Positions 53,001-64,000 of a stretch of DNA of 64,000 nucleotides are shown one piece after another. Where the stretch lies: positions 1,550,001 to 1,614,000 of the forward strand of contig JAYWIR010000007.1 in assembly GCA_036172245.1 (NCBI GenBank). Reading direction: 5' to 3'. Numbering within the stretch: position 1 is the stretch's first letter; each line of letters begins with the position of its first letter. The notes beneath the pieces were generated by a model. It worked only from the letters and a program-made list of their open reading frames with translations. It had not been told where the DNA came from and ran no database searches. The stretch comes from Raillietiella orientalis. Lineage: Eukaryota. The translations under genes and the position numbers were made by a program.

Positions 53001-56000
53001 GGAGCGGGCGCGTATCCCCCCCCCACGCTTGTCTTGCGGAAACGGGACGTCTTCTCGTTCCTCCTTTCTCCTGCCTTTTCAAACGAATCTCGGCTCCCGC
53101 GTGTCGACCGGGGCAGCGGGTAGGATCGCGGAGGGGGCACGGCCGGTTCTTCATCCCTCCTTCGATATTGACCCCCCCAGAGGCTTTCTCTCCCGCTTCT
53201 CCTCAGACCCCGGCAGGCTCGTCCAGCCGGAGGTCGGCCCTCCTAAGGGGTCATCTCTGCCGCGGGTTTCCCTCTTCTCTCCCTGACGCCCCATCCCTGT
53301 CGGACGGGTGGAGCAGCTCGAAGAGTCGCCCCATTCCCGATCGCCACCCCCTCCACCTGGATTTTTCCCGCGCAGGAGGCGACCGCGGGCCCCCGAGCTC
53401 TGCCGTTACCGAGAAGCACGCCCGTCCCGCCATGTGGAAGGCAGAGCGCGGGGAAGACCTCATCGGAAGGGGGGCAGGAAGACGGGAGGCGAAGGGAGAA
53501 GAGGGGGGATCCTTCGCGGGGCGGCAGCAGACCCTCGACGGAAGGGGGGATCCCCTCCTTCCGGGGACGCGCGCTTTGCCGCCGTTCCTCGCGACTTCCC
53601 TCCCGCGCGCGCGCTCGGGAGCATGGCGGGCGGATCGATGAGGCGGCGGCTCTACTGGCGACCGGCTTCCGCCTGCCGCAGCCGCGATCCCCACGAGGCA
53701 GATTCTTCCTCACACCCTCCCCTCCGGGAACTTCCGATTCGAATTCCCGCGGACGTGCGGTTCCTGGTCGCATCGGGATCCGCGCTCCTCCTCTGCTGGT
53801 CTTCCGGGAGAAAGTCGGGACGGAGGAAGATGTGCGCGTACGCCTGAGGGTCTTCCCCACCTGCTCGCCATCACCTCCCCTCTAGCAAGACCGCCGTCAC
53901 CTAAATTACCTTCCCGTTCTTCTTACCCTTTTCGTCGCTGCTGCTGCAGCAGCAGCAGTCCCACCCCTCACCCTTTGCAAGCTGCGGCCGGCACGGAGAG
54001 CTGCGGCACACCCCCGCACGGGAGAAGGCGAAGAGTAGAGCGAGCCATATCCACGTCACGGGAGACCGACCGGCCGACTGACAGACTATCTTCTGGACTC
54101 GGGATTTGCTCGTGCGTCCCTCCAGGAAGCTCACGAGCAGTACCAGCGCCTCCCTGAACTGGTGATGGCGGCGCCGTGGTGCCACTGCGGACGTCGCCTC
54201 GCCTCAGGTCGCCAACGTCCGGAGGCGCTGCTGCGCTTCTCGTGTGATGCCCGCCTTTTTCACTCCCGGGGACCTCCAGGAATACCCCTTTCTCCTCGCG
54301 TTGCGAGTGGAAACAGAAGAGAAGGAGGGTTTCCCTCCCTCTCTCCCCCCTTCCCAGTAGGATTTGCCTCCTTCGCCAATCCAGGGACGGCAACCGGATC
54401 CGCCTGAACGCTCCTCCGAGCAGCGGAGGGGACAGATTGGACTCCGCCCGTGCCACGAGGGCTTCTTCCCCGTTGGAGCGTCTTCGCGTTTCCTTCCCGG
54501 TCGCTGTGTTGTTCCTGCGTCTCCTCCCTGAAGTCGCAACTGCACCCTCCCCTGGCGCGTCGCAAGGTCTCCCAGAAGTACCTGCTGGAAATCGGCAGCG
54601 GTGTCCGGGCGCGAGGATCATTCGAGGGGGAAGGAGGCTCCCCTCTTCCCAACCTCAAGGGGCCCCGCCGGCAGGAGACGTCAGTGAGAAGAGACACGGT
54701 CAGAGCTCTGAGGCCTGGGTGAGGGCAGGCGCAGCGAAGGCACCGGGTCTGGGCGGGAGGAGGGTGGGGAGGGGTCTGCGTGCATGGGTCTGCGGGTCCA
54801 TCTCGGTCGGAGTCCAGGTGCCCGCAGGCGCGCCGCTTCGGTAACCCGTGGGAGGCTGCGTCATCGTCGTCTCCCCCATGGGGAAGTCCGACGCCGAAGT
54901 TTGCCCCGGTAACACGGGGAGGGCAAGAAGGGAAAAATGGGAATGGACCCTGGAGAGACTGCAAGTGGATCCAAGGTCGTATCACGTCGGAGAAGGAAAG
55001 AGGAAGAGGAAAAGAGGATAAAAGAGGAAGGAGGAGGAAGAGAGAAGGAAAGGGAGAGGACACTCTCATCGCCTCTCGAGATGTTGAGGGACAAAAGGGA
55101 GCAAAAAAAATCGTTTTTCTTACCTGGGCGTGCGAGTAGAACATGGAGAAGTTGGACACTATCACGGGAACGGGCAGGGAGATGGTCAGCACGCCTGCCA
55201 CGGCGCATAGCGCACCGACGAACATCCCCATGTAAGTCTTAGGGACCATGTCTCCGTATCCAACCGTCGTCATGGTCACTATCGCCCACCACAACCCTTC
55301 GGGAATGGACAGGAAATCGTTCTTGGGGTTCAGCTGCATTCGCTCGGCATAGTAAATGAGGCTCGCGAACAGCACGATCCCCAAAATCAGGAAAAACACC
55401 AGTAGGGCGAGCTCCTTGGCGCTGGCCTTGAACGTGTGGATGAGGATCTTCAGCCCTCCTGAGTGGCGCGTCAGCTTGAACAGCCTGGAAAAGACACCCG
55501 AGAGGTCAGAAGGGCGCTCGCGCGCAGCGACCTGCTGGGAAGGGGGCGGCGGTGAGGCAGCTGGTGGGAGGCGCTCGCAGGCGACCCCTCCCTGCTCAGC
55601 GCCCAAGCCGCCGCGCGCGACTTCTGCTCGAGAGACAGGAGGGAAGCCTCCGCACCTGCCTCCCGGAAAGGATGGGCTGTGATGGTCCCCAGAGAGGAAG
55701 GGAAGGTGGGTGTGTTAGGAAGGCCTCGAGGGAGGGTTGGCGGTGGCTGAGGCGAGAATTCTCTGTCTGCTTCTCATCAACAGCCACTGGAGGACGTCGT
55801 CTCTTCCTCCTTCCTATCCTTCCCTCCTCCTCTCCCTTTCATCCTCTCTTCCTCGTCCCTATTCTTTTCTTTTCCTCCTCCTCTCTGTCGCTCTCCCTTC
55901 CTTTCCCCGACCCTGCCGTCCCACGCCAGAGTCCTCTTCCACTCTGCGGCACCAAGGCGGTGAGGCATGGAAACGGCGGTGGCATCGTGGGCCTCTCGGA

Positions 56001-59000
56001 GATCCTGGAGGAAGGGAGGAGGGGAAGGAGAAAGCACCTCCCTGCCCTCCCCTTCCCCTCCTCCCGGATTATCTCTGTCTCATCCCTTGCTGCTTTTTCC
56101 TAGGCTAAGAGAAACACCAGACGAAAGAGAAAAGAAAGGGAGGTCGGTGGAGTGGCGGTTCTCTCTCCCTTCCTCCTCCTCCTCCCCTCCCCAACTTTCT
56201 CTTCGTAGGTCACTTCCTGTTCGCGCACGCCTCGAGACAGCCGCCATCCTGGGAAGGCGTGAGCGACCGCGGAGGAGGAAGGAGGGAGAGAAGCAGCGAG
56301 ACGAAATGCAAGGGGAAGCGTGACCGGGGGAGAACAAAGGAACAAAGGAGCGAGAAGAGGAGCCCTTCGAGTGCGGGGAGGGGAACGGATGGGAGGAGCG
56401 CACGCGCATTTTCGTCTTCAGGATCCCGGAGGGGTCTAGGGAGGAGCAGCTTCCAGATCTGCCCTCGAGGGAGTCCCGGAGGTTCAGAGGAGTGAGGACG
56501 AACCCACTCCGAGAAAGACGAGCCGGAGAGGCGGGTCTTCCGGGACCCCAGGAAGCTGGGACCCCGGAAAGGACAGGAATCCAGGGAAGAGCGCCTTCAA
56601 GACCCTTCCATGAGCCTCCCACCTCCGGTTCGAACAGGCAGACGAAGGCCCCTCCCTCCTTCCTTCGCGAGACGCAGTCACCCTCTCGAGGAGTGACCAT
56701 GGTTTCGGGCCGGGCGAGGGGCACCCGCGGCTTCGCGGTCCCGGAGGCGGACGCACCGGCAGGGCTCCCTGTTGGCTTCCTTGCGCGCCGGGGTGAGGCG
56801 TGTGAAGGGGTGAGGGTTCAGGATGCTTACCTCGAACGAGACCCCTAATCGACCCCCGCCACTCCCTCCCTTGCCTCTTTCTTCCGACTGATTCCAGCGT
56901 CCTTTTCCTTCCCTCCCTATCTTCCCGCTCCTTGAAGGCAAAGGGGAGGACCGTGCAGTCCCGGGTCTCGAAGGGGATTTGCCACACTGCCAGCGGGGCG
57001 GGCGGTCCGGCATAGGGATGGAATGGGGGCGGAACGCGCACGCAACACGACCGTGAACTTGCTGGTGCGTCCACTGCCATTTCGCAAGGCCTCGCGAGGA
57101 CCGGGCGCGGGTCAGACCTTCCTCGATAAGACCCATCCTTGCCTTCCCCCTCCCCCTCCTCTTTCAGACCTCCTGTAAGGAGACGACAGGCGCACCTCTA
57201 GAGCTCCCCGTCTCCACGTGGAACGACACGGATGCCCCTTCTGTCCTCTGCATGTCAAAAGGAAGGTCGCCGCAGGGCGTCCCCCTCCCCCTTCCTCCTC
57301 TCTCGTCTTACCGACAACCACAGACCAGCCGGCCGAATTTGGAATGGGCCTGCCGACCCTCAGCCCTCCTCCCGCCGGTTCGTTCCCTCCATCACATGAG
57401 CATTGCCTGCGGCTGCGTTCGGCTGGGCGTCTCCGACCTGATACAATTTTGGGTCCGCTTGCAGCCTCGTCCCACTGAGAGAGACCCCTAGAGGAAAGGG
57501 GACTTCTCCGCGGGTGTCCTTCGTCGACCCGGTCACGCTTTCCGGGTCACCTTTCTCCCGGTCACCCGGGAGAAAGGGAGCCGCTCATGCGAATCTTGCG
57601 CCCGGGAGGAACGCCTCCCGAAGCGGCGGTGGCGTCCGTAGGTGGTGCTGCAGCTGCGTCCGGGGAGTGACCGGCCCTTCCCTGGTCCGCCAGCGCGCCG
57701 CAGCCTCGCTCCCTTTTCCTTTTCGGGGAAGGGGCCGGAGGGTCGAGTGAGGGAATGAACAGGTTGAGGTGGTCAGTGAGCGCTCACCTGAGGATGCGGA
57801 TGATGGAGAGGAACTCCAGAATGTCTGCATTCTTGAGGTTCCGGAGGGTGTTCTGAAGGACGAGGTCCACATAGAAGCTGGTGGTCGCCACCATGTCCAC
57901 GATGTTGACGCTGCTCTTGACGAACTTCATGCGCCGCGGCGCCACCACGAAGCGCACGATGATCTCGAAGGTGAACCAGCTGTTGCAGACGAGCTCCACG
58001 TAGAGGAACGCCTCGTGGGCGTCCGTGCGCTCCGAGGGCAACGGCTCCCACGCTGTCGTGTTCCCCGAGGGCGCGCTGTGCCTCGAGAAACCCGCAGCTG
58101 GCACTCGCATGGTGGGGTGCGTCTTCAGGCAGAAGATGAGGATCGACACACAGATGAAAAACACGGACACCGTGCCGATCACCTGGGGGAAGACGCGGCC
58201 CTGGATGAGACGGCGAGGAGCCGGAACGGAAGGGTAGGCTGGCGCACCCTCCCCTCCCCCTATCCGTTCCGGAAGCTTGCAGAGGACACGACCCTCCGAG
58301 CTGTGGAAAAAAGAGGCAGGGGACCTCCTCTGTGTTGATCCCTTTCCCGCCGGGGGTAGGGTCGACCGGGGTCAGACGCCTCTACCGGCTCCTATGCTCC
58401 CCAGAGCCTGGCGCTCCCAGAAGCGGGAGGTAGTGGGCGAGCAGCCACGGCCATCCCGACACGGGTGCGTCGCATGAGCGCGCGCGGAGGCTGAGAGGGA
58501 AAAGGAGGAGAAGGAGGGGATAGAGGGTGGGAAGAGGGGTAGGGAAGAAGGGAGGAGTCTTTCCGAGGCGGAACAGAGAAGCGGACCCGAGCGGGCGCGC
58601 GTCCACGCGGCGGCTCGGGAGGGTCTCGCAGAGTCTCTCGCGGCCTGTGCGAAGACCCTCTCCGGCGCGCGCTCCCATCCTGGAAGACTCTGCCGAGAAG
58701 TGGCCAGGGAGCGAATGCTGCGGACCGAGATCAAACGCACCTTGGAGGCAGGGAGGGAGCAAGCGACCGCCTCACGTTCCCGCTTCTTAGGAAGGGGAAG
58801 ACCCCGGTCCCCAGGAGGCGCGTCCCCCTGCTCCGGGAGGGCAGGCTCCCACGGAATTCGGGCGGACGTGCCGTTTCCCCTGGCAACCGGAAGGACTCTC
58901 GGTGATGCTCTCGCGGTGCTTTCGGCGCCCTGGTTCCGCTCCCTCGGCTGCACAGTGAGGGATGTGGTCGAAGCCGTCGTATGCTGGAGCTCTGGACCCA

Positions 59001-60062
59001 CGCCGTGGAGCGACGGGCGCTGTGCGAGGGTGCGCTCATCCACTCAGGACTCTCTCCAGGATCGCGAGGCGTCAGCCAGTATCCTCCCTCCTCCCACTCA
59101 AGGTAGGGTTTCAAAGGCGAAGGAGGTGCTGGCCGCGGGGATTCTTCTCGAGCTTTCTGCAGCGCAGTTGCTTGGGGCGACAGCGTGGCTGGAGCGCGCC
59201 GGTGTTCCTCCTCCCTCCTGCGGACCCACAGGACGAGCTGATCTGAGGAGGCAGACCCACCTGAGGGTGCGCTCCAGCAAGCAAGTGGTCAGTCTCTCGT
59301 TCGTTCGACTGGGGGTGGAAGGGTAGGGAAGGTCTCCAAGGGCTTCGTCTCAGGGCATCCCCACGGAAAGAGGGTCAGGAGCAAGAGAAACTGTGCCTTC
59401 CGGTCGCAAGGCGCTTCGCATGGAGAGGAGCGCGCAGAGAGTGAGGGGGGGGGGTAGGGGTTGGAGGAGACTTATCGAGAGCCTGGAGGCAGCGGGGCGA
59501 GAACCCGCTCTGGAGTGAGGACGGCTACCCCCCGGGAGAGGAAGGAAAAGGAAAGGAGGCTCTGCAAGAGGCGGACATGGGAAGTTGGCGACTATCGAAA
59601 GGAGGGGGAAGGAGGTGCGGTGCCTTTTCCCGGATCGGGCGTTCCATCCGCGAACCCAGCGGGTTCCGCCCCCCTGAGGGCAGCGCGGGTCAGAGGGTCG
59701 CCGGAGGCTGCACCCGGGAAGTTCAGTGGGGAGAGCGCGCGCGCTACCCTTCCCTCGCGGGATGGTCTCGTCTCCAACGGGGAGGGAGTAGGGGAATAAG
59801 TCTGTTCCTCGCCGAGATCGAGTCCGGAACCGGGGAGACAGGGAAGGGTGGCAAGGGTCCGGGTGCGCAAAAGGTTCGTTACCTTGGCGGCGGCAGAGGA
59901 CGAAGGCTCGTCGAAAAGGGACCAGATCTTCGGCTTGTACCTCTGCCAGGTGGTCAGCGTGCCCGAGCGGTAGTCCTCCTCGAAGCCGAACTTGCGCGCG
60001 ACCTCTCCGTCGGACGGAACCTCCGTATCCAAGTCCAGCTTGTCCAGGATGGCCAGCGTCTC
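40873..60062 (-). CDS. Shaw: Voltage-gated potassium channel, Shaw/Kv3 (KCNC) family; partial (T1 exon(s) outside the window, 3' end uncertain)
   Basis: Four phase-consistent GT-AG exons: 60062-59883, 58182-57788, 55484-55124, 41017-40873. They encode [14 protein letters not shown]...KFGFEEDY...IWSLFDEP, S1-S3, S4 [13 protein letters not shown], pore [13 protein letters not shown]6 [10 protein letters not shown] and [19 protein letters not shown], all typical of arthropod Shaw/Shaw-like channels. Shaw versus the Shaw-like paralogue is not resolved. Confidence 0.94.
55124..55484 (-). CDS. Shaw: Shaw-family channel exon: S4-S5-pore-S6
   Basis: ttttccag|G...CAG|gtaag; [25 protein letters not shown]...[19 protein letters not shown]...[18 protein letters not shown]. 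Confidence 0.96.
55798..55910 (+). repeat. Polypyrimidine (C/T) low-complexity tract in a Shaw intron
   Basis: ctcttcctccttcctatccttccctcctcctctccctttc... Confidence 0.7.
57788..58182 (-). CDS. Shaw: Shaw-family channel exon: S1-S3 and start of S4
   Basis: cccccag|GTG...AG|gtgag; [23 protein letters not shown]...[21 protein letters not shown]...NIVDMVAT...[13 protein letters not shown]. Confidence 0.94.
59883..60062 (-). CDS. Shaw: Shaw-family channel exon: T1-S1 linker
   Basis: cccag|GAG...AAG|gtaac; 180 nt; [60 protein letters not shown]. Confidence 0.93.
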
Positions 60063-60099
60063 CTGGGAACGACGCCATCACGGTGAGCGCCTGCCGCGT

Positions 60100-60610
60100 C
60101 GTCGTCAAGGGTGGACGCCGCGACCGGGACCGTCGTCGCCGCTGCCATCGGTCAGTCGACGACTGCGGTCTCCGCATCGGCGGCGCGATCATCATCGCTC
60201 GTATCATCGCCTCCACCCCTGCCCCCTTTATCATCGTCATCATCATCATCATCATCGACAACAGCTACTGCTACTGCTACAACAACGTCATCGTCACCCA
60301 CCGTCACCGTTCAACATTCTCAACACGTTATCGCCATCGTCATCAAAACAACCGCAGTCACAACATCATCAACAGCAATAACATCGTCGTCATTCACCAC
60401 CACCACCATCATCATCATTAACAATATCAAAAGCTTCGTCATCGCTATTCATGGCGGTCGTCATCATCAGAGACAACGTCATCATGATCCAGCCGTCACC
60501 ACCATCAGCAGCAGGAACGCCACCGTCCGCCGTCGTGCGTGCCATCATCAACACCGAGGACATCCTCGCTACAGCGATCGCCGGCGAGGGATCGTCGCCG
60601 CCTCAGCGCC
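60100..60610. repeat. Degenerate trinucleotide microsatellite (CAT/CGT/CAC/CAA)n
   Basis: Runs such as catcatcatcatcatc, caccaccaccatcatcatc and ctactgctactgctac; poly-His/Ile/Ser/Thr in translation. Confidence 0.85.
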
Positions 60611-61929
60611 GCCTTCACCCTACAGCTATGACCCGGCTGCCGCGCCATCATCGTTGTGGCCACGCCCTTGCCAACGTGGCGACACAGTCGCCGCCGCCAT
60701 CTTGGCTTTTTCCGGGAAGGTGGCGGACCCGGGACGGAAGGCGAAAAGAGGGAGAGTAGGCTCCGAGCCTCCGGGAACGCCGGGCGCGCGGCGTCGGCAA
60801 TTCCGAAGGAAACTGCCGGCTCCGCAGGGACCTCTGGCGAGCGCCGACGCCCTCCTGCCCTCGCCCTTCTCCGGTGGACGATAGGGAAGAGGGGGGGCTC
60901 CGGAAAGCCACGCACGCACGAAACGAAACCGGCCGGGGGTGTGCGTTCCCGGGAGAACTCCCACGGGAAGGGAAGCTCGCGGCGGGGTTTCCCGGAGCAG
61001 GCGCCTCGCCACAGCGATGGCCTTGGGATGGGCGGCGCCGCCGCTCCAGGGACCCCAGCAGACGCCTACCGGGGGAGGGCGCGGCTACATCGCGTGCCGC
61101 CTGGCCGTTAACCCGTAGGGCGGCATCCCTAGAACGCGCGCGCCGCTCCTCTTCCCTCCCCTCCCCGTCACCTCATCGTCGCGGGGAAAAGAGGGAGGAA
61201 GGGAGGAGGGGAAAGGAAGAGAGAGCCACTGCGCGTCCTGGAAGTCCTTTCGCCAGCCGCATGAGGGGGCGGAGGAGCAGCGATGACCCCCCTCGCCCCC
61301 TAGGGGACGCGGTCGGGTCGGCGCCACGCCTTCCAGTCCGCGGCGGCTGCTTCCGGGCTCTTCGTGGCGCTGCCGGAAGCTGGGTGCGAGGGAAGGCGAG
61401 CGCCTCGGGGAGGTTCCCTTTTCCGCTTCCTCCCTTCGCGGGCTCCTGCGCAGATCGCCCGGAGTCGAAACTGCCCCCTTTCCCGGGGGCGCCGGACGCT
61501 CCTGCACCCTGCGCGGTGCCTCCGGGAAGGCGCGCGGGGGCGGTGTGTCGAGAATGCTCGGCGGGTTCACCTACCTTTCCCGAGCCGTTCGCCACGCAGC
61601 TCCAGGTGAGCGAGGTCTTCCCGGTGCCGGGAGCGGGACCTCCATCCCAAGTTCATCCCCCCCCCTCCTGAAGGCTGGGTTCTGGCAGGGAAGACCCCAG
61701 AGAGCTGGGAGAAAGGGAGCCCACGTGCGCATCTTCCGCTGGCCTCCGGGCACCTGATCAGTTTGCTGCCGGACTTCGCCTCGCTCCTTTCGCTCGCGCG
61801 ACCGGGGTCGCCCGCCCGGTGACCTTGGCCTCCGCACCAACGTTGCTCTCGCATGGCGAAATCCCTCCTTTCCTTCCGGACCCTTTTTCCCGGAGTGGGA
61901 AGTGTCAGGTCGGTCAGCAACCGAAACAG

Positions 61930-62060
61930 CAGTATCGTTGTCGTGGTCATCACCACCGTCATCATCGTCGCTCGTCAGCCCACTCATCACGATCGTCAAC
62001 AACGACAGCATCATCATCGTCATTCCAACATTCGCCATCGTCGTGTATCATCACTGTCGC
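61930..62060. repeat. Degenerate (CAT/CGT)n microsatellite
   Basis: tcgttgtcgtggtcatcaccaccgtcatcatcgtc...catcatcatcgtcattcc. Confidence 0.75.
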
Positions 62061-64000
62061 ACTCAAGGCGAACACCAAAGGGTCAGACGGGACAGGGGAG
62101 TTCCCCCTTCGCTGGCTCGGTGCGCCATCAAGGGCGAGTTCGGTTTCCCAGGTTCGAGCGAGTTCGAGGGAAAAGCACGGGGAGGCGCTGCGTTCGAGTC
62201 GCTCCGTCGTTCGCTGTCGTCGTCGTTGGAGGCTCTGGCGGCTCTCCGGCTCAAGGAAACTACTTCGGAAGGCTTCTGGGACAGCCGCAGAGGGTTCCGC
62301 GGCCGCGAGTGGCGAGGATACTCCCTCCTCACCCTTCGGTCGCCCCAGAACGTCCTTGAGCGCCGCCACTTGACAGTTTAGAAGCACGACCGTCTCCCGC
62401 TCCTCTTTCCTGCAGCTTCAGGGAGTGACTCGAGCGCGCAGCCGACTCCACTGCCCAGCCCCTGATCGGACGGATCTGCTCTCTTGGTCTCAGGGCTTGG
62501 ACCTCGGGTCAAAATGGAAGCAGTGGTGGTGCTCGGAGATCCAGGTCCTCAGGAGGGCTGGGCTTCTGGCGCACGGTGGAACCGCTTGGCCATTCGCGGC
62601 CGGAGTGTTTGGTGTAGCCGCTGCTGCTGTGTTCGGGGGTACCTAAACCGTGTCGAACGGGAGGCAGTCGTCGTCTGACCAACATCGGGTCCGCGGCGGC
62701 ACAGATCAGCCAGTCTTCGGGTCGCGAGGGAGTAACGTCGTTGCGCACGGTTGCTTGACCAGAGTGTCGAGGCTGACCTCCCGGAACTCGAGTGGTGCTC
62801 TGTCCGAGCTTGCGCGCTCCCACACCTCCCTCACTGTCTGAGGGATGCATCACCCTTGTATCGCAGCTCTTCAGAGAGAGAAGGCGCCATCCAAGGGGCA
62901 GAGCCTGACCTTCCCTTGACGGGATGGCGCGCAGCGCGACACCTTCCATTGGGCTTCCGGACGTCGCCTCAGGAAACCTCCTCGGAGGAGGCTTCCAGCT
63001 GTCAAGGAATTGAGCCCCTCTTCCGCACCACTGTGGATGGATGGAAGACCATCAGACATTCCATTAACTTTCGTCTTTGCTTTGATTCTGGACGGCAGTT
63101 GGAACTCCTCTCCTCTCCTATCGCACCCCCCCCCTCCCCCAAAAAGAAAAAAAAATTCGTGGAGAGAGAATTTTGAGGGAGACGGACGGTGATGCACCGC
63201 ACAAGTCGCTCTTTTCAGCCAAGAGTTCTCTGGATGGAGGCAGCACCGGCGACCTCATGAAGGAACGCTGCCAAGGAGTTGGAACTATCGGCGGTTTCAA
63301 AGAGCTCGCGGCGGCTTCCCGTGACGCTGTCTCCTTTCACCTCTTCGCGAGAGGCCTTTGTCACTCACCGTGAGCTCACGGAGAAAGCCAACAACTCGGG
63401 ACTTTCCGCTGGTATCGCGCAGGCTGGTTCCACCTTTCGGAAGCCAGCGCGGCAACAGCAGAGAGAATTTCTACGGCGTCCTCATCATTCATTCTATTTC
63501 GAGTTCTTTTCCATTTCTCCCCCCCCCCACCTTCCCTCTCCCTCTTCCTCTCCCAGAAGGAAAAACATAGAGAGACGGCAGTTCAGAAGCAGGCACCTTG
63601 AATATCCGAACGCGAGCAGAAGCGATCCCGACGCTGGCTCCATTGAACGAGGCGGTTGCGAAGGAAGCGGCTACAGAGAGCAGGTTCGAGGATGGGCAAA
63701 ACTTCCCCTCCAGATCAGGGTTCAAGAACTTTTTGATCATCCTCAGGAACAACATCTGGGAGGCATGCCTTGCCCCGACGCAGCTCGAGGAGCTCCTGCC
63801 ACAGATCGTCGCTCGCGCAGCGCTCCGTAGTGGGAAGGGGAAGGCCCGACGAGTCCAACTCTCGAAGAGATGAGAACCAGATGACTGCACGGCGCTGCCG
63901 GCGGAGGAAGCGGGGAGAGGCAGGGGGAAAGGAGAGAAAGGGAGTCCGTCGTCAGGCCTCGGAAGACGAAGAGGACGGCATGTAACCTTCGCGAGACAGT

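Noticed and set aside
54260..55606. 448-aa ORF as a single-exon K+ channel
   Set aside because: Only 55484-55124 is channel sequence, bounded by canonical splice sites. The rest is intron read-through.
60111..60884. Ser/Thr/His-rich mucin-like ORFs
   Set aside because: They are simply translations of the trinucleotide microsatellite.
63598..63873. 91-aa ORF with more protein-like composition
   Set aside because: No recognisable motif or clear splice context, and it is on the opposite strand to Shaw. It may be a TE fragment but this is unsupported.
29600..64000. Hundreds of long overlapping ORFs (up to 482 aa) on both strands
   Set aside because: They are Arg/Pro/Gly/Ser-rich in all six frames with no domains, as expected from stop-codon scarcity at high GC. 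Only the parts overlapping Shaw exons are real.

Overview
Eukaryotic, very probably arthropod, genomic DNA containing two convergent spliced genes set in very different sequence contexts. (1) A complete + strand UBR5/hyperplastic discs (hyd) HECT E3 ligase gene at 8744-25483. I reconstructed 32 coding exons by hand (8409 nt, about 2802 aa) with UBA, UBR-box, MLLE/PABC and HECT domains. It lies in an AT-rich, CpG-poor block, and 22 of its 31 introns are only 41-56 nt long. (2) A partial - strand Shaw/Kv3-family voltage-gated K+ channel gene with four clear coding exons at 60062-59883, 58182-57788, 55484-55124 and 41017-40873. Its T1/BTB exon(s) lie beyond the right edge and its last exon is uncertain. 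It sits in a very GC- and CpG-rich block with multi-kb introns. The hundreds of overlapping Arg/Pro/Gly/Ser-rich ORFs in the track are GC-content artefacts. The most notable features are: mini-introns that appear to obey a ~41-nt floor and skip good early AGs; a ~400-nt almost C-free, NUMT-like insert in hyd intron 4; sharp gene-sized composition and CpG domains; and paired AATAAA/TTTATT elements between the convergent 3' ends. I found no CRISPR array, rRNA or intact tRNA, and no convincing new biological system.
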